Source: the human T2T-CHM13v2.0 reference genome, Homo sapiens
Assembly: GCF_009914755.1 (NCBI RefSeq)
Contig: NC_060941.1
Reading direction: 5' to 3' (one strand)
Length of the DNA: 64,000 nt
Numbering within the stretch: position 1 is the first letter of the stretch; the number at the start of each line of letters is the position of its first letter. The translations under genes were made by a program, and so were the position numbers. Under the pieces are notes generated by a model. That model did not search any database. It was not told where the DNA came from and saw only the letters and a program-made list of their open reading frames with translations. Positions 16,161-35,810 of the stretch are shown piece after piece.

Positions 16161-16988
16161 CCACATGTGCCACTCTTCCCTGACTCCAACCTCTGGGATT
16201 CCTGTTCTTAAAGTGCTATGTTTTTGCCAAATAGTGTGGTCTCCCTTAACACATAAAACCAGGTTCCAAGCCACGACATGTGTTTCACAATAGTGAACTA
16301 CCTAGAAAGGCAGCCAAAGAGAAAATGCTGTGATACTGGCCTCCTGACCTGAGCGAACACTGGAAAGATACCAGGTGCTGTACTGACGCATCACGACGGG
16401 AAGGTCTTTGTTACCAAAAGCAATTCAATGACCAAAGTTTTGCTGAGACTTTCTTTACAGTACGTCACTGAGTGAACATGACTGGCTAAGTGGACTACAG
16501 TAAAAAGAACACTTGGAATCTACTCCTGGCTTGGCTAAAAAGCCATGCATGTAGCTTTGGAGCACTTGCTCACCTCATATGAAAAATAATAGACTTTAGG
16601 TGATAAGTAAGGTTCTTCTAAATCTTTATTTTTTGTCAACTCTTTCCAATTCCACCCATCTCAACTGAAGTTCCACGCTTCTAAAGTGTTATATAAGCTG
16701 CCTGAGACCTGAGTTTTTAAAATGTTGACTTACTCCATGCTGAGTGGTTTTTATGTCATCTGCTGAACACCCTAACTTCTCAATTCTCACTTCAGGATGA
16801 AAGTGACCTGATAGAGAAGTCATAGATGCCAAAACCTATGGGTTCACGGGTTCAGATTTTTTCATTTACAAAGAGTTTACTAGGTTGTGCCTTGGAAAAA
16901 TTTTTAAAAATCTTAATTCCCACTTGTGAAATGGAAATAGTAACACAAGGCCTTTAAGAAAAGCCCATAGTCTTTAAAAAGAAAACTA

Positions 16989-17290
16989 GGCTGGGAGCGG
17001 TGGCTCACGCCTGTAATCCCAGCACTTTGGGAGGCCAAGGCAGGCAGATCATGAGGTCAGGAGATCGAGATCCATCATGGCTAACATGGTGAAACCCCAT
17101 CTCTACTAAAAAAAAATACAAAAAAATTAGCCGGGCGTGGTGGCGGGTGCCTGTAGTCCTAGCTACTCAGGAGGCTGAGGCAAGAGAATGGCATGAACTC
17201 GGAAGGTGGAGCTTGCAGTGAGCCGAGATCGCACCACGACACTCCAGCCTGGGCAACGGAGCAAGACTCCATCTCAAAAAAAAGAAAAGA
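16989..17290 (+). mobile_element. Alu (AluY-like)
   Basis: gagatcgaga..catc.tggctaac, gagaatggc.tgaac, gagcttgcagtgagccgagatc. Confidence 0.92.
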
Positions 17291-17321
17291 AAAGAAAACT
17301 AAAAACAAAACAAAAAAAAAA

Positions 17322-17322
<1 letters not shown>

Positions 17323-17353
<31 letters not shown>
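17323..17353 (+). repeat. (AC)n microsatellite
   Basis: Direct reading. Confidence 0.9.
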
Positions 17354-17355
<2 letters not shown>

Positions 17356-17518
17356 AGTCACTATGCCAGAGAAAAGGGAGGCATGTTGTTAAAGAGAACC
17401 ATTTTAATTTCATCTGCCCGGTGGAATCTGGGAAAAAAAATATAAAGCAGGCCTCTTCTAAACAATAAAGATGGGCTTCATCCACATCTTCCTGAAACTT
17501 CTAGAAACTGAAATGAGT

Positions 17519-17801
17519 GGCCGGGCATGGTGGCTCATGCCTGTAATCCCAGCACTTTGGGAGGCCGAGGCGGGCGGATCACCTGAGGTTGGGAGTTCGA
17601 AACCATCCTGGCCAACATGGAGAAACCCCGTCTCTACTAAAAATACAAAAATTAGCCAGGTGTGGTGGCAGGTGCCTGTAATCCCAGCTATTTGGGAGGC
17701 TGAGGCAGGAATCACTTGAACCCAGGGGGCGGAGGTTGCAGTGGGCTGAGATCACACCATTGCACTCTAGCCTGGGCCAAAGAGTGAAACTCCGTCAAAA
17801 A

Positions 17802-17830
<29 letters not shown>
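17519..17830 (+). mobile_element. Alu (AluS-like)
   Basis: Full dimer. Confidence 0.93.
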
Positions 17831-17832
<2 letters not shown>

Positions 17833-19056
17833 TGAAACGGGCAGCTGAGTACACGTGAGGCTAACCTTGTCCTAAGAAGAGCCCAGTGCTTCTCATGAGC
17901 GAATATCCCCACAATCCCTTTTCACTTCTTTGACCTTCATTTTCCTCATGTAATAAATAGGACTAATGGCTTTCCAATATCTACTCCCTCCCTGCAGTTA
18001 TATCAGATGACTAAGGAATATGAGGTTCTCCAAGGAAAGTGCTTTACAAATAAGCATCTGATTACTAGCAGACAGCCACAAAATGTGAAGACATTAAAAT
18101 CAGGAGCGGGCTTCCTATAGAAAGTGATGGGCAAAAGCTGGGGCCGCTACTCCCACTTACTTCCTACATTTCTTTTATGGAACACAAAGAAAAAATAATT
18201 AAGATATTTCCAGTTATTGAATTACAGAGCAGATGCAGGAAATGTTCCTTGGATCAGTAAATGAATGTATGTCCCCATCTCTACCCACCGAGTAGGGTGA
18301 GGCTCCTTGCCCCTAAGTGCTTCAGTATATTTCTGCCTTGAACAATTCTTTCTCTTGAAATAGCTCAAACAATAGAGAAAAAGTCTCGTATGGGTTCTTT
18401 CCTGTCCGACACATGCTAGGCGCTAAGATGGCATCTGCTACAGTTGGAAGGGTGGAGCTAAAAGCAGTTCCCCAAGCAGGATGGCAGCTTGTTACATGAG
18501 AAGTGCAACCAACAGCTCCCAAGTGAAATGCTGTGGGCTTTGCAGACACAACACAAACAGCTCTGCTACCAGAGAGAGCTCAAGGGCATGAATTCCGAAG
18601 AGCAGGCTTATGGTCAGTAACAGTGAGGCTCCTCACTATATCACTCTGAGAGTTACATAAGATGGTGGATGCTCCACCCAGTTGTCTTTTCACCAAACCA
18701 AAACCAGTAAGTTATGTAACAATCCTAAAAACACCGCGGCATGAAGATTTCTTTTAAATACAGCCATGAGAAAAAAGGAATTGACAGGGCAGACAAGATA
18801 GACGGTTTGAGACCTACATCAAATTAAGCCCAAACAAATCCTCTCTTTCTGAGGCTGGAAGGAAACAGAGGAGGAACTGCCACCACCTAGGGACATTTAA
18901 AATCCAGGGTGGTCTCATTACCCTGAACCTGCAGCAGAAGGATTTGCAGCTGCCAGCGAGCATGACTGGAATGATAACCACATGGTGACTGGGGTGAGCG
19001 TGAGCTCGGCAAGGATGGTGATCATCTCTAAAGACTGGGGAAACGCAAAGCAGTAC

Positions 19057-19135
19057 CTTGGTGCCCTGGGAAGGAAACGCTTCTTCAAAATCTGCCAGGA
19101 TTTGCTGTCCTAACTCAGTCTGTGCAGCCTTCACT
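19057..19135 (-). CDS. VPS53: VPS53 coding exon (exon 8, 79 nt): [26 protein letters not shown]
   Basis: Acceptor ttctctcttcctcacag|A, donor AAG|gtactg; visible inside ORF 18814..19173. Confidence 0.97.
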
Positions 19136-19473
19136 CTGTGAGGAAGAGAGAACATATCATCACCTGGCATCATATCCTTATGTAACTACACACCGATCCA
19201 CAGGGTCGGAAGGGCTGAAGTCTTTCGAGAAAGGCCAGGAAGGGTACAGAGACGTCCATGAGGTGAGAGGTCACATACTAGTTAAGTGACAGGTTGATGA
19301 GCAGGACCCAGGCATCCAAGATATTCTCAGGGTGAATCTTCTATATCCCCAAAATTCTTCTAGGCCAACCCTTTACCTGAGGTCATATGTATTAATCTTT
19401 ATACAGTTCCACTGGGGGATAGTCATGCTGTGGGAAAATGTTATAGAATCACATCCACATCAAATATAAATCT

Positions 19474-19786
19474 AGCTGGGCGCAGTGGTTCACGCCTGGA
19501 ATCCCAGCATGTGGGAAGCTGACGTGAGAGGGTCGCTTGAGACCAGGATTTCAAAACCAGCCTGGGCAACATTAGAGAGATCCAGTCTCCACGAAAAACA
19601 AACTAAAATAAAAAGTACCCAGGTGCGGGGGCACACACCTGTACTCGGGAGGCTGCGGCGGGAGGATCTCTTGAGCCCAGGACTTTTGAAGATACACTGA
19701 GCTATGAGCACACCACAGCACTCCAGCCTGGGTGACAGAGGGAGACCTTGGCTCTAAAACAAAACACTAACAAACAACAACAAATA
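19474..19786 (+). mobile_element. Alu (AluJ-like, diverged)
   Basis: Consensus match. Confidence 0.85.
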
Positions 19787-19879
19787 AATCCACTTTGGAT
19801 TACTGGTGTAACTGCTGTCCTACTCCTTGGAGTACAGAATGGCAAGAGGGCTCCATAATGTTTTAGGGTGTTTTGTAAA

Positions 19880-20335
19880 AAATTATTATGGGTATATAAT
19901 CATTATATATATATTTATGGGGTACCTGTGAAGTCTTGATACAGGCATACGATGTATAATGATCAGATCAGGGTAACTGGGTTATCAATCACCCCAAGTT
20001 ATTTGTTACTTCTCCGTGTTAGGAACATTCCAATTCCAATCTTTTAGTTATTTTTAAATAAACAATAAATTATTAACCGTAGTCACCCTATTGTTCTACC
20101 AAATACTAGATCGTATCATTCTAACTGTATTTTTGTGCCCAGTAGCCATCCCAGTTACTCCCCGCCTCCCTGCTATGCCTCCCAGCCTCTGGGACCCAGC
20201 GTTCTACTCGCTATCTCCATGAGTTTACTTTGAAAATGTTTAGCACCCACATGAGTGAGAACATGAGGAATCTGTCTTCCCGTGTCTGGCTTATTTCATT
20301 TCACATCACGTCCAGTTCAATCCATGCAGCTGCAG
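19880..20335 (-). mobile_element. L1MA-like 3' end
   Basis: atatatttatggggtac...tgatacaggcatac.atgtataatgatca.atcagggtaa...cccacatgagtgagaacatg. Confidence 0.75.
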
Positions 20336-20656
20336 TGTTTTGGGTTTCCTGTTAACCCAGAAACCAACAAGCTCGTTAAGTTTTTAAACAAATAAATGAA
20401 AAGAATGTTTTCTAAGGTAAAAACAAAAAGAGCCAAGTGACAAAATGAACTGCTAAATGATCACTAGTGAGGGCCACTGAGTGACCATTTAAGTTCAGAA
20501 GTTTGTGAATATGAAAACGGAACTGCAAGGAAAACCAGCTAGAAAGGGGAGGCCAGTACTCAACAGTGGCCGTGAGTGTACTAGGAGCTCAAGAACTGTG
20601 CGTGTACTTGAATGCAAGGGCAGAAAGGAGAAGCGGCTAGGATGGAAAGCGGCTAT

Positions 20657-20745
20657 GGATCATACCCCACGATCAATCACGCCCCGCAATGGATCAGGCC
20701 CCGCAATCACGTCCCGCAATCGATCACGCCCCACAATCGATCGCA
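20657..20745. repeat. CpG-rich ~17-bp tandem repeat, ~5 degenerate copies
   Basis: Units like cgatcacgccccgcaat. Confidence 0.8.
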
Positions 20746-21637
20746 TGCTGTGCATCCCCCACGAGCTGCCTGATGTTGGTGGCCACCGTGCACCGGCCAG
20801 CCTTGCAGAGAGAGAGTGGAACAAGATTCTCAGGCCCTGCTGGGCTTCCTGAGCCTGAGGCAAATACTGTCTGGTTGCTAAAAATGCCTTAAAAGAGCAC
20901 ACTTCCATTCTCGGTCTCCACCCTGTTCCTTCAGAATTAACTTTATGAAGTTTCTAGAAATAGCAACAGCTCAAAACCACAATTTCTTTGGCTGCTAAGG
21001 AGTGTCTGGCAACCTGCTGAGATTTTTTTTCAGATGAGGGGATAGGCATGACCCAAAACAATCTGTTTTTTCCGTGGCGTGGTTACAATTATACCTTATT
21101 CCAAATACTTTCCAAGGTTTTTCCAGTATCTTCAAAACTTTTAAAACCACTCTTAGAGGTGGGTTTGTAGCCTTTTGAGTCAGTTTTCAAGGAGGCCAGA
21201 ATGATCCAGACGAGGCTATTACTGGAATAGCCGCCACCTCCAGATTGGAATCAGGGCCATACGTCTAGAGCTGTCCAGCAGACAATGGGAGACATTCCTT
21301 CAGTGTGAACTTTGACATGAGAGAAAAGAATAAAATTGTACTTCGGAGCTTCTTGTGATGCGCACACGAGGAGGCAGCACACAGCCTGCTGTGGTGCCAG
21401 GTCACAGGACAGCTTCCAGAGGCTCAGGCCCCCCCTGTTCCTACCCTCTTCTTGGAAGCACACACACAGCACCAGTTCCCTCCTAAGCCACAGGGAACTT
21501 ATAGTAGGAACTTTTCATGGTTAGAAGAGGAAGGAGTTCTCCTCACAGGGGAAGTCCAGCCGCTAGCCAGGGCACCCACAGTCACATTCTCAGGACTACT
21601 GGCCATCTCAATGACACTGGTGGGCCCGGCTCTGCCC

Positions 21638-21771
21638 CTGGCCCGAACTATTTGCTACTCCATATTCTTGGTGACTCTGGAACTGAGGTGGCAGAAAGGA
21701 GAGCCTCTGGCCCAAACTATTCCCTACTCTGAATTCTTGGTGACTCTGGAACTGAGGTGGCAGAAAGGAGA
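21638..21771. repeat. 69-bp tandem duplication x2
   Basis: ctggccc..aactatt..attcttggtgactctggaactgaggtggcagaaaggag at 21638 and 21707. Confidence 0.9.
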
Positions 21772-21871
21772 ACCAGAGCCTGTGACAGCACCTGGTATCA
21801 CCAGAGACAAAAAAGAGGAAAAATTACCAGTCTCTGATTTGTAGACTTCCTTGCCATGCTCTTCATTTTCA

Positions 21872-28060
<6,189 letters not shown>

Positions 28061-28336
28061 GCCATGTTCTTCATTTTCAAAGTCACCTCTTGAGATAGGC
28101 TGGACCTGGTTATGTTACTAGTGAGCCGCATAATCACAAGTCACTTCCTCTCTGTGGGTCACAACTTTGAATAGCTGTGAAATAAGAGGGTGGGGCTAGC
28201 AGCCCATACTAGATGATTCTGTGTCCTCTCCAGTACTGATTATTCCACAACACCCATCTTACGGTGCTAACTGGCTTTACAGGTGGCTAGAGGTTAGATG
28301 TATGCTTAATCCTGGAGCAGAAGGATACGCATATAA

Positions 28337-28782
<446 letters not shown>

Positions 28783-28994
28783 TAAGATGTGAATTTCAGT
28801 CTTTATAAGCAATTGCTTAAATAGGATTCTAGAAAGAAGTCAACAGACTTGAAAGAATTTATCTTTGGCCTCATTCCTTTAAACTTCTTCCTCTTCTAAC
28901 CATGAAAAGGTTCCCACTACAAAGAGGTAGCTCAACTGATAACTGTCAGCAAAGCACATATATGTGCCAAACTACCAAGATTTCCTAGTCATTC

Positions 28995-29263
28995 CTTTCT
29001 TTTCAGACTGGAGTACAGTGGTGCATTTGTGGCTCACTGCAGCCTCAACCTCCCAGGGTTAAGTGATCCTCCCTTCTCTCAGCCTCCTGAGTAGCTGGGA
29101 CTATAGGTGTGCACCTCCATGCCCAGCTAATTCTTGTATTTTTTGTAGAGATGGAGTTTTGCCATGTTGCCCAGGCTGATCTCAAACTCCTGGGCTCAAG
29201 CGATCTGCCCACTTCAGCCTCCCAAAGTGCTAGGATTACAGGCATGAGCCACTGTGCCCAACT
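28995..29263 (-). mobile_element. Alu (AluJ-like)
   Basis: TSD gatttcctag(t/c)cattc. Confidence 0.9.
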
Positions 29264-29781
29264 GATTTCCTAGCCATTCTTGTGAAAGTCCGCCTACAAC
29301 TCATAGAGAACAGGGAAAACAAAAATTCCTCCTGGCATCCACGTAAGTTCAGCCTGTTGCATGGTGGCAACCCCAAATGGGTCACTCTTCAGAAACAAAA
29401 GATTCATTGTGCTGCCCAGAAAGGAAAGTCAACCAGGTGGTTTCTGGCATCCTCCATGCCACGTGACTGCAGGGCTGTTCCAAGGCACCCTTTCCTAAAA
29501 GTGTTCTCAGCTTTTCGTAAGGGGGAGTCACAGACAGACAGCAAATTATGAACATTGTTCAGATATCTGTGGATAAAGTAGCCCTGAGACTTTTGTTACC
29601 TTGTGAGTGACAGTCCCAAAGAAAACACCCCCAACAGTTCCCAAATAAATATACCGCCCTCCCAAACCACAGTCTTCTAAACAGCAGGGTTAATTAGTCA
29701 AATGCTACAGTTCCAAACAGACACCATAAAGAATCTCAGCCTAGAATCTTGAGTGACCCCATGAGACACTTCTGAGATCAC

Positions 29782-30917
29782 CAAGGACAACACTCATACT
29801 TGGCAACCGAGGACAACACTCATACTTGGAAAGCGAGGACAACACTCATACTTGGAAAGCGAGGACAACACTCATACTTGGAAAGCGAGGAAAACACTCA
29901 TACTTGGAAACCGAGGACAACACTCATACTTGGAAAGCGAGGACAACACTCATACTTGGCAACTGAGGACAACACTCATACTTGGAAACCGAGGACAACA
30001 CTCATACTTGGAAAGCGAGGACAACACTCATACTTGGAAAGCGAGGACAACACTCATACTTGGAAATCAAGGACAACACTCATACTTGGCAACTGAGGAC
30101 AACACTCATACTTGGCAACTGGGGACAACACTCATACTTGGAAAGCGAGGACAACACTCATACTTGGAAAGCGAGGACAACACTCATACTTGGCAACCGA
30201 GGACAACACTCATACTTGGCAACCGAGGACAACACTCATACTTGGAAAGCGAGGACAACACTCATACTTGGAAAGCGAGGACAACACTCATACTTGGAAA
30301 TCAAGGACAACACTCATACTTGGAAAGCGAGGACAACACTCATACTTGGAAAGCGAGGACAACACTCATACTTGGAAATCGAGGACAACACTCATACTTG
30401 GAAATCGAGGACAACACTCATACTTGGCAACTGAGGACAACACTCATACTTGGAAACCGAGGACAACACTCATACTTGGCAACTGAGGACAATACTCATA
30501 CTTGGAAAGCGAGGACAACACTCATACTTGGAAAGCGAGGACAACACTCATACTTGGAAATCAAGGACAACACTCATACTTGGAAATCAAGGACAACACT
30601 CATACTTGGCAACTGAGGACAACACTCATACTTGGAAACCGAGGACAACACTCATACTTGGCAACCGAGGACAACACTCATACTTGGAAACCGAGGACAA
30701 CACTCATACTTGGAAAGCGAGGACAACACTCATACTTGGAAAGCGAGGACAACACTCATACTTGGAAAGTGAGGACAACACTCATACTTGGAAAGTGAGG
30801 ACAACACTCATACTTGGAAAGCGAGGACAACACTCATACTTGGAAATCAAGGACAACACTCATACTTGGCAACTGAGGACAACACTCATACTTGGAAACC
30901 GAGGACAACACTCATAC
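29782..30917. repeat. 26-bp minisatellite, ~44 copies
   Basis: Near-constant ggacaacactcatacttgg plus variable 7-mer (aaagcga, caaccga, aaaccga, caactga, aaatcaa, aaatcga, aaagtga). Confidence 0.98.
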
Positions 30918-31654
30918 GTGTCAACCCAGGAGGCCCAGGAGGAACTTGTCAAGGCCATAGAGCTGTGCAGGCCTGTCCATTTCCAGGTTGAGTTCTTTTT
31001 TCACTCCATCATGAGACCTGCCAAGCCTTTCTCACATTTATAAGAGGTTAGAAATGGCTGTGAAAAATATATTTTCGTTCAAGAGTTTCATGGTTTTCAA
31101 GAGAATGTAAGGCTCTTCCATTCTTCATTGGGAGATACTGACTGATGACTAGAAACATTCCCTTTCACGGATATGCTTAGGCCAGGAGGATTTGAAATGT
31201 AAAGATGCTAAAGAAAAAACTCTTTCCTCCAATGCTACATTAAGCATGGAAGCATTTGCCAGAAGGGTAGTTGGAAGAATTAGCTATGCTCAAATCAAGG
31301 CTCATGAACTTCCTATTTCAAATGTACAGGCAAAGATTTCAGAACACAACTTTTCACATGACTTCTACACTTTACAGACAGCAAGACAGTAAATTTGAGA
31401 AACGGAAGCAATGCAGAGGGTGGTAACCCGCCTGCCATCTCCCGCCCCTTACAACAAATAGCTATTTCTCTCATTTCCAGATGGTTCTACCATCAGCACG
31501 TAAACATAAGGGAAGCAAATTCACCAGAAAGGATGCTAAAAATAAGAAGTCTGGACTTTTCTCAAACGTTTAGTACCTCTTAAAAAAACAATCCTAGTCA
31601 AGCACTGAAAATAAAAATAAGAAGTTGTCTCCTCTTGTGCTCTTTTTAGTGTTA

Positions 31655-31955
<301 letters not shown>

Positions 31956-32334
31956 TAGTGTTACTTAATAGCACATATTCTGTATTAACCTACACAAAAT
32001 TATTGCAAATAGAGATTGCGAAATGAACTAAAAGATAAGTAAATCCTCCTGTGTTTGCAGCAACCTTATGTGATAATGAATGTTTGGAGCACTGAAATAT
32101 ATTCATAGAATGTTGGACTTTCTATTTTTCAGGAATGTGATTATAACAGTGATTATTAAGTTCCTTCAAATTTTTAAAACTACCTCTTTAAACAAATGTT
32201 GAAAAGCAAAGAGCCCACCAAAAGTACAGGCAGCAAAAGCAAAAAGAAACAAGTGGGACTACATCAACCTAAAAAGCCTGTTGGAGAAATGCAGGTGGAA
32301 ACCACAATGCAGTGTCACTTCACGTCCTAACGGG

Positions 32335-32742
32335 GGCATCTTTTCATGTTTATTGGCCATTTATTTATCTTCTTTGGAGAAATGCTTATTCAAATCCTTT
32401 GCTGGTTTTTTAATTGAGTTGTTTGGCTTTTTGTTGTTGATTTCTGGGAATTCTTTATATATTCTAGATATTAATCCATTATCAGATAAATGATTTGGAA
32501 ATATTCTTCCCATTCTGTGCATTGCCATTTTACCCTGCTGATAGTGTTTTTTCATGCACAAGTTTTAAAATTTTTCATAAAGTCCCATTTATCTATGTTT
32601 TCCTTTTGTTGCCTAGGACTTTGGTGTCATATCCAAGAAACTGCTGCCAAATACAGTGGTGTGAAGATCTGGTCTTCGTTTTCTTCTAAGAGTTTTAGAA
32701 TTAGGTTTTACATCTAGGTTACAGATCCATTTTGAGTTATTA
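32335..32742 (-). mobile_element. Old L1 ORF2 fragment (a short + strand L1 piece lies at ~32214-32325)
   Basis: ORF 32361..32561 [14 protein letters not shown]...[12 protein letters not shown] is L1 ORF2-like. Confidence 0.8.
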
Positions 32743-32820
32743 ACGAATCCCTATGCTGGTTTCTGCCAAATAAAAGTTAGTTCTGTCATGTTCCTGCCAT
32801 GCACAACCCCTTCCTTTATA

Positions 32821-35265
32821 CCGACTGGAGATAGGCTCCCACACACATCTCCGTGACCGTGTGGCCACTGCCTCCTAAGGGTCTTATCTTTTCTAATCCA
32901 TATCACGGACTGGAGACTGGCTCTTACACACATCTCCGTGACCGCGTGGTCTCTGCCTGATAAGGGTCTTATCTTTTCTAATTCATACCACGGACTGGAG
33001 ACTGGCTCCCACACACATCTCCGTGACCGTGTGGCCACTGCCTCCTAAGGGTCTTATCTTTTCTAATCCATATCACGGACTGGAGACTGGCTCCCACACA
33101 CATCTCGGTGACCGCGTGGCCTCTGCCTGATAAGGGTCTTATCTTTTCTAATTCATACCACGGACTGGAGACTGGCTCTTACACACATCTCGGTGACCGC
33201 GTGGCCTCTGCCTGATAAGGGTCTTATCTTTTCTAATTCATACCACGGACTGGAGACTGGCTCCCACACACATCTCCATGACCGTGTGGCCTCTGCCTGA
33301 TAAGGGTCTTATCTTTTCTAATCCATACCACGGACTGGAGATCGGCTCCCACACACATCTCCATGACCGCGTGGCCTCTGCCTGATAAGGGTCTTATTTT
33401 TTCTAATCCATACTACGGACTGGAGATCGGCTCCCACACACATCTCCGTGACCGTGTGGCCACTGCCTCCTAAGGGTCTTATCTTTTCTAATCCATACCA
33501 CTGACTGGAGATTGGCTCCCACACACATCTCCGTGACCACGTGGCCACTGCCTCCTAAGGGTCTTATCTTTTCTAATCCACACCACTGACTGGAGATTGG
33601 CTCCCACACACATCTCCGTGACCGCGTGGCCACTGCCTCCTAAGGGTCTTATCTTTTCTAATTCATACCACGGACTGGAGACTGGCTCCCACACACATCT
33701 CCGTGACCGTGTGGCCACTGCCTCCTAAGGGTCTTATCTTTTCTAATCCGTATCACGGACTGGAGACTGGCTCCCACACACATCTCCGTGACCACGTGGC
33801 CACTGCCTCCTAAGGGTCTTATCTTTTCTAATCCATATCACGGACTGGAGACTGGCTCCCACACACATCTCCGTGACCGCGTGGCCACTGCCTCCTAAGG
33901 GTCTTATCTTTTCTAATCCGTATCACGGACTGGAGACTGGCTCCCACACACATCTCCGTGACCGCGTGGCCACTGCCTCCTAAGGGTCTTATCTTTTCTA
34001 ATCCGTATCACGGACTGGAGACTGGCTCCCACACACATCTCCGTGACCGCGTGGCCACTGCCTCCTAAGGGTCTTATCTTTTCTAATCCACACCACTGAC
34101 TGGAGATCGGCTCCCACACACATCTCTGTGACCGCGTGGCCACTGCCTCCTAAGGGTCTTATCTTTTCTAATCCACACCACTGACTGGAGATCGGCTCCC
34201 ACACACATCTCCGTGACCGCGTGGCCACTGCCTCCTAAGGGTCTTATCTTTTCTAATCCATATCACGGACTGGAGACTGGCTCCCACACACATCTCCGTG
34301 ACTGCGTGGCCACTGCCTCCTAAGGGTCTTATCTTTTCTAATCCGTATCACGGACTGGAGACTGGCTCCCACACACATCTCCGTGACCGCGTGGCCACTG
34401 CCTCCTAAGGGTCTTATCTTTTCTAATCCGTATCACGGACTGGAGACTGGCTCCCACACACATCTCCGTGACCGCGTGGCCACTGCCTCCTAAGGGTCTT
34501 ATCTTTTCTAATCCACACCACTGACTGGAGATCGGCTCCCACACACATCTCTGTGACCGCGTGGCCACTGCCTCCTAAGGGTCTTATCTTTTCTAATCCA
34601 CACCACTGACTGGAGATCGGCTCCCACACACATCTCCGTGACCGCGTGGCCACTGCCTCCTAAGGGTCTTATCTTTTCTAATCCGTATCACGGACTGGAG
34701 ACTGGCTCCCACACACATCTCCGTGACCGCGTGGCCACTGCCTCCTAAGGGTCTTATCTTTTCTAATCCGTATCACGGACTGGAGACTGGCTCCCACACA
34801 CATCTCCGTGACCACGTGGCCACTGCCTCCTAAGGGTCTTATCTTTTCTAATCCGTATCACGGACTGGAGACTGGCTCCCACACACATCTCCGTGACCGC
34901 GTGGCCACTGCCTCCTAAGGGTCTTATCTTTTCTAATCCACACCACTGACTGGAGATCGGCTCCCACACACATCTCCGTGACCGCGTGGCCACTGCCTCC
35001 TAAGGGTCTTATCTTTTCTAATCCATATCACGGACTGGAGACTGGCTCCCACACACATCTCCGTGACCGCGTGGCCACTGCCTCCTAAGGGTCTTATCTT
35101 TTCTAATCCACACCGACTGGAGATCGGCTCCCACACACATCTCCGTGACCGCGTGGCCACTGCCTCCTAAGGGTCTTATCTTTTCTAATCCATATCACGG
35201 ACTGGAGATCGGCTCCCACACACATCTCCGTGACCGCGTGGCCACTGCCTCCTAAGGGTCTTATT
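32821..35265. repeat. 85-bp minisatellite, ~29 copies
   Basis: Unit cggactggagactggctcccacacacatctccgtgaccgcgtggccactgcctcctaagggtcttatcttttctaatccatatca; ORF track recurs every 85 and 425 bp. Confidence 0.98.
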
Positions 35266-35269
35266 TTAT

Positions 35270-35810
35270 CCAGACTCCTGTACCTCTATAATCCACTAGA
35301 CTTTTACAAAATACAAGTGAGATCATGCCCCCCGCACTTAAAATCTTTCACTGTCCACAAAATAAAAAATAAATTATTTAGCAAGGCATATAAAACCTGA
35401 CCCGATCTACCTATGCAGCCCTGTCTCCCTCTGCTGCCTCCAAACTCCATGAGACTCCCTCTTCCTTCTTTCCCCCATTACTGTCACGTTGGTAAGATCC
35501 CACCCATTCTTTTAAGATTCAGATTAAAACAGAATTTGTCTATGACCCCTGCCCTCAGCCCCTGCTTCAGCCTATCAATTCCTCTTCTGAGATCCTGCTA
35601 TGCCTTGTACAGCATATACCAGTTTTGTTACATCTGTTATACTGGAATCTTCTATTAATGTCTTTCTTCTCCATACAAAAATGGTGAACTCTTTGAAGGC
35701 AGAGAGTGTGTATTTCTTATCTTTGTGCCTTCAGTCCCCAGCACGGGGCCTAGGATGTAGAAAATGCAGAGTAAATATCTATCATGCAAATGAAGAAAAG
35801 AACAAATGAA
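35270..35810 (+). mobile_element. L2 3' fragment
   Basis: aactctttgaaggcagagag...tccccagcac..ggcctagg...taaatat..tgcaaatgaa. Confidence 0.6.

Noticed and set aside
29782-30917. CRISPR-like repeat/spacer appearance
   Set aside because: The variable parts are only 7 nt, recur and are related by point changes; there are no cas genes and the context is a human intron. It is a minisatellite.
29800-31043. Long repetitive ORFs (up to 254 aa) in the 26-bp array
   Set aside because: By-product of a stop-poor unit read in rotating frames; antisense to VPS53, with no promoter or splice support.
32214-32630. Inverted L1 pieces as a twin-priming inversion or hairpin RNA gene
   Set aside because: Short, diverged, overlapping parts of ORF2 with no TSD; more simply two independent old fragments.
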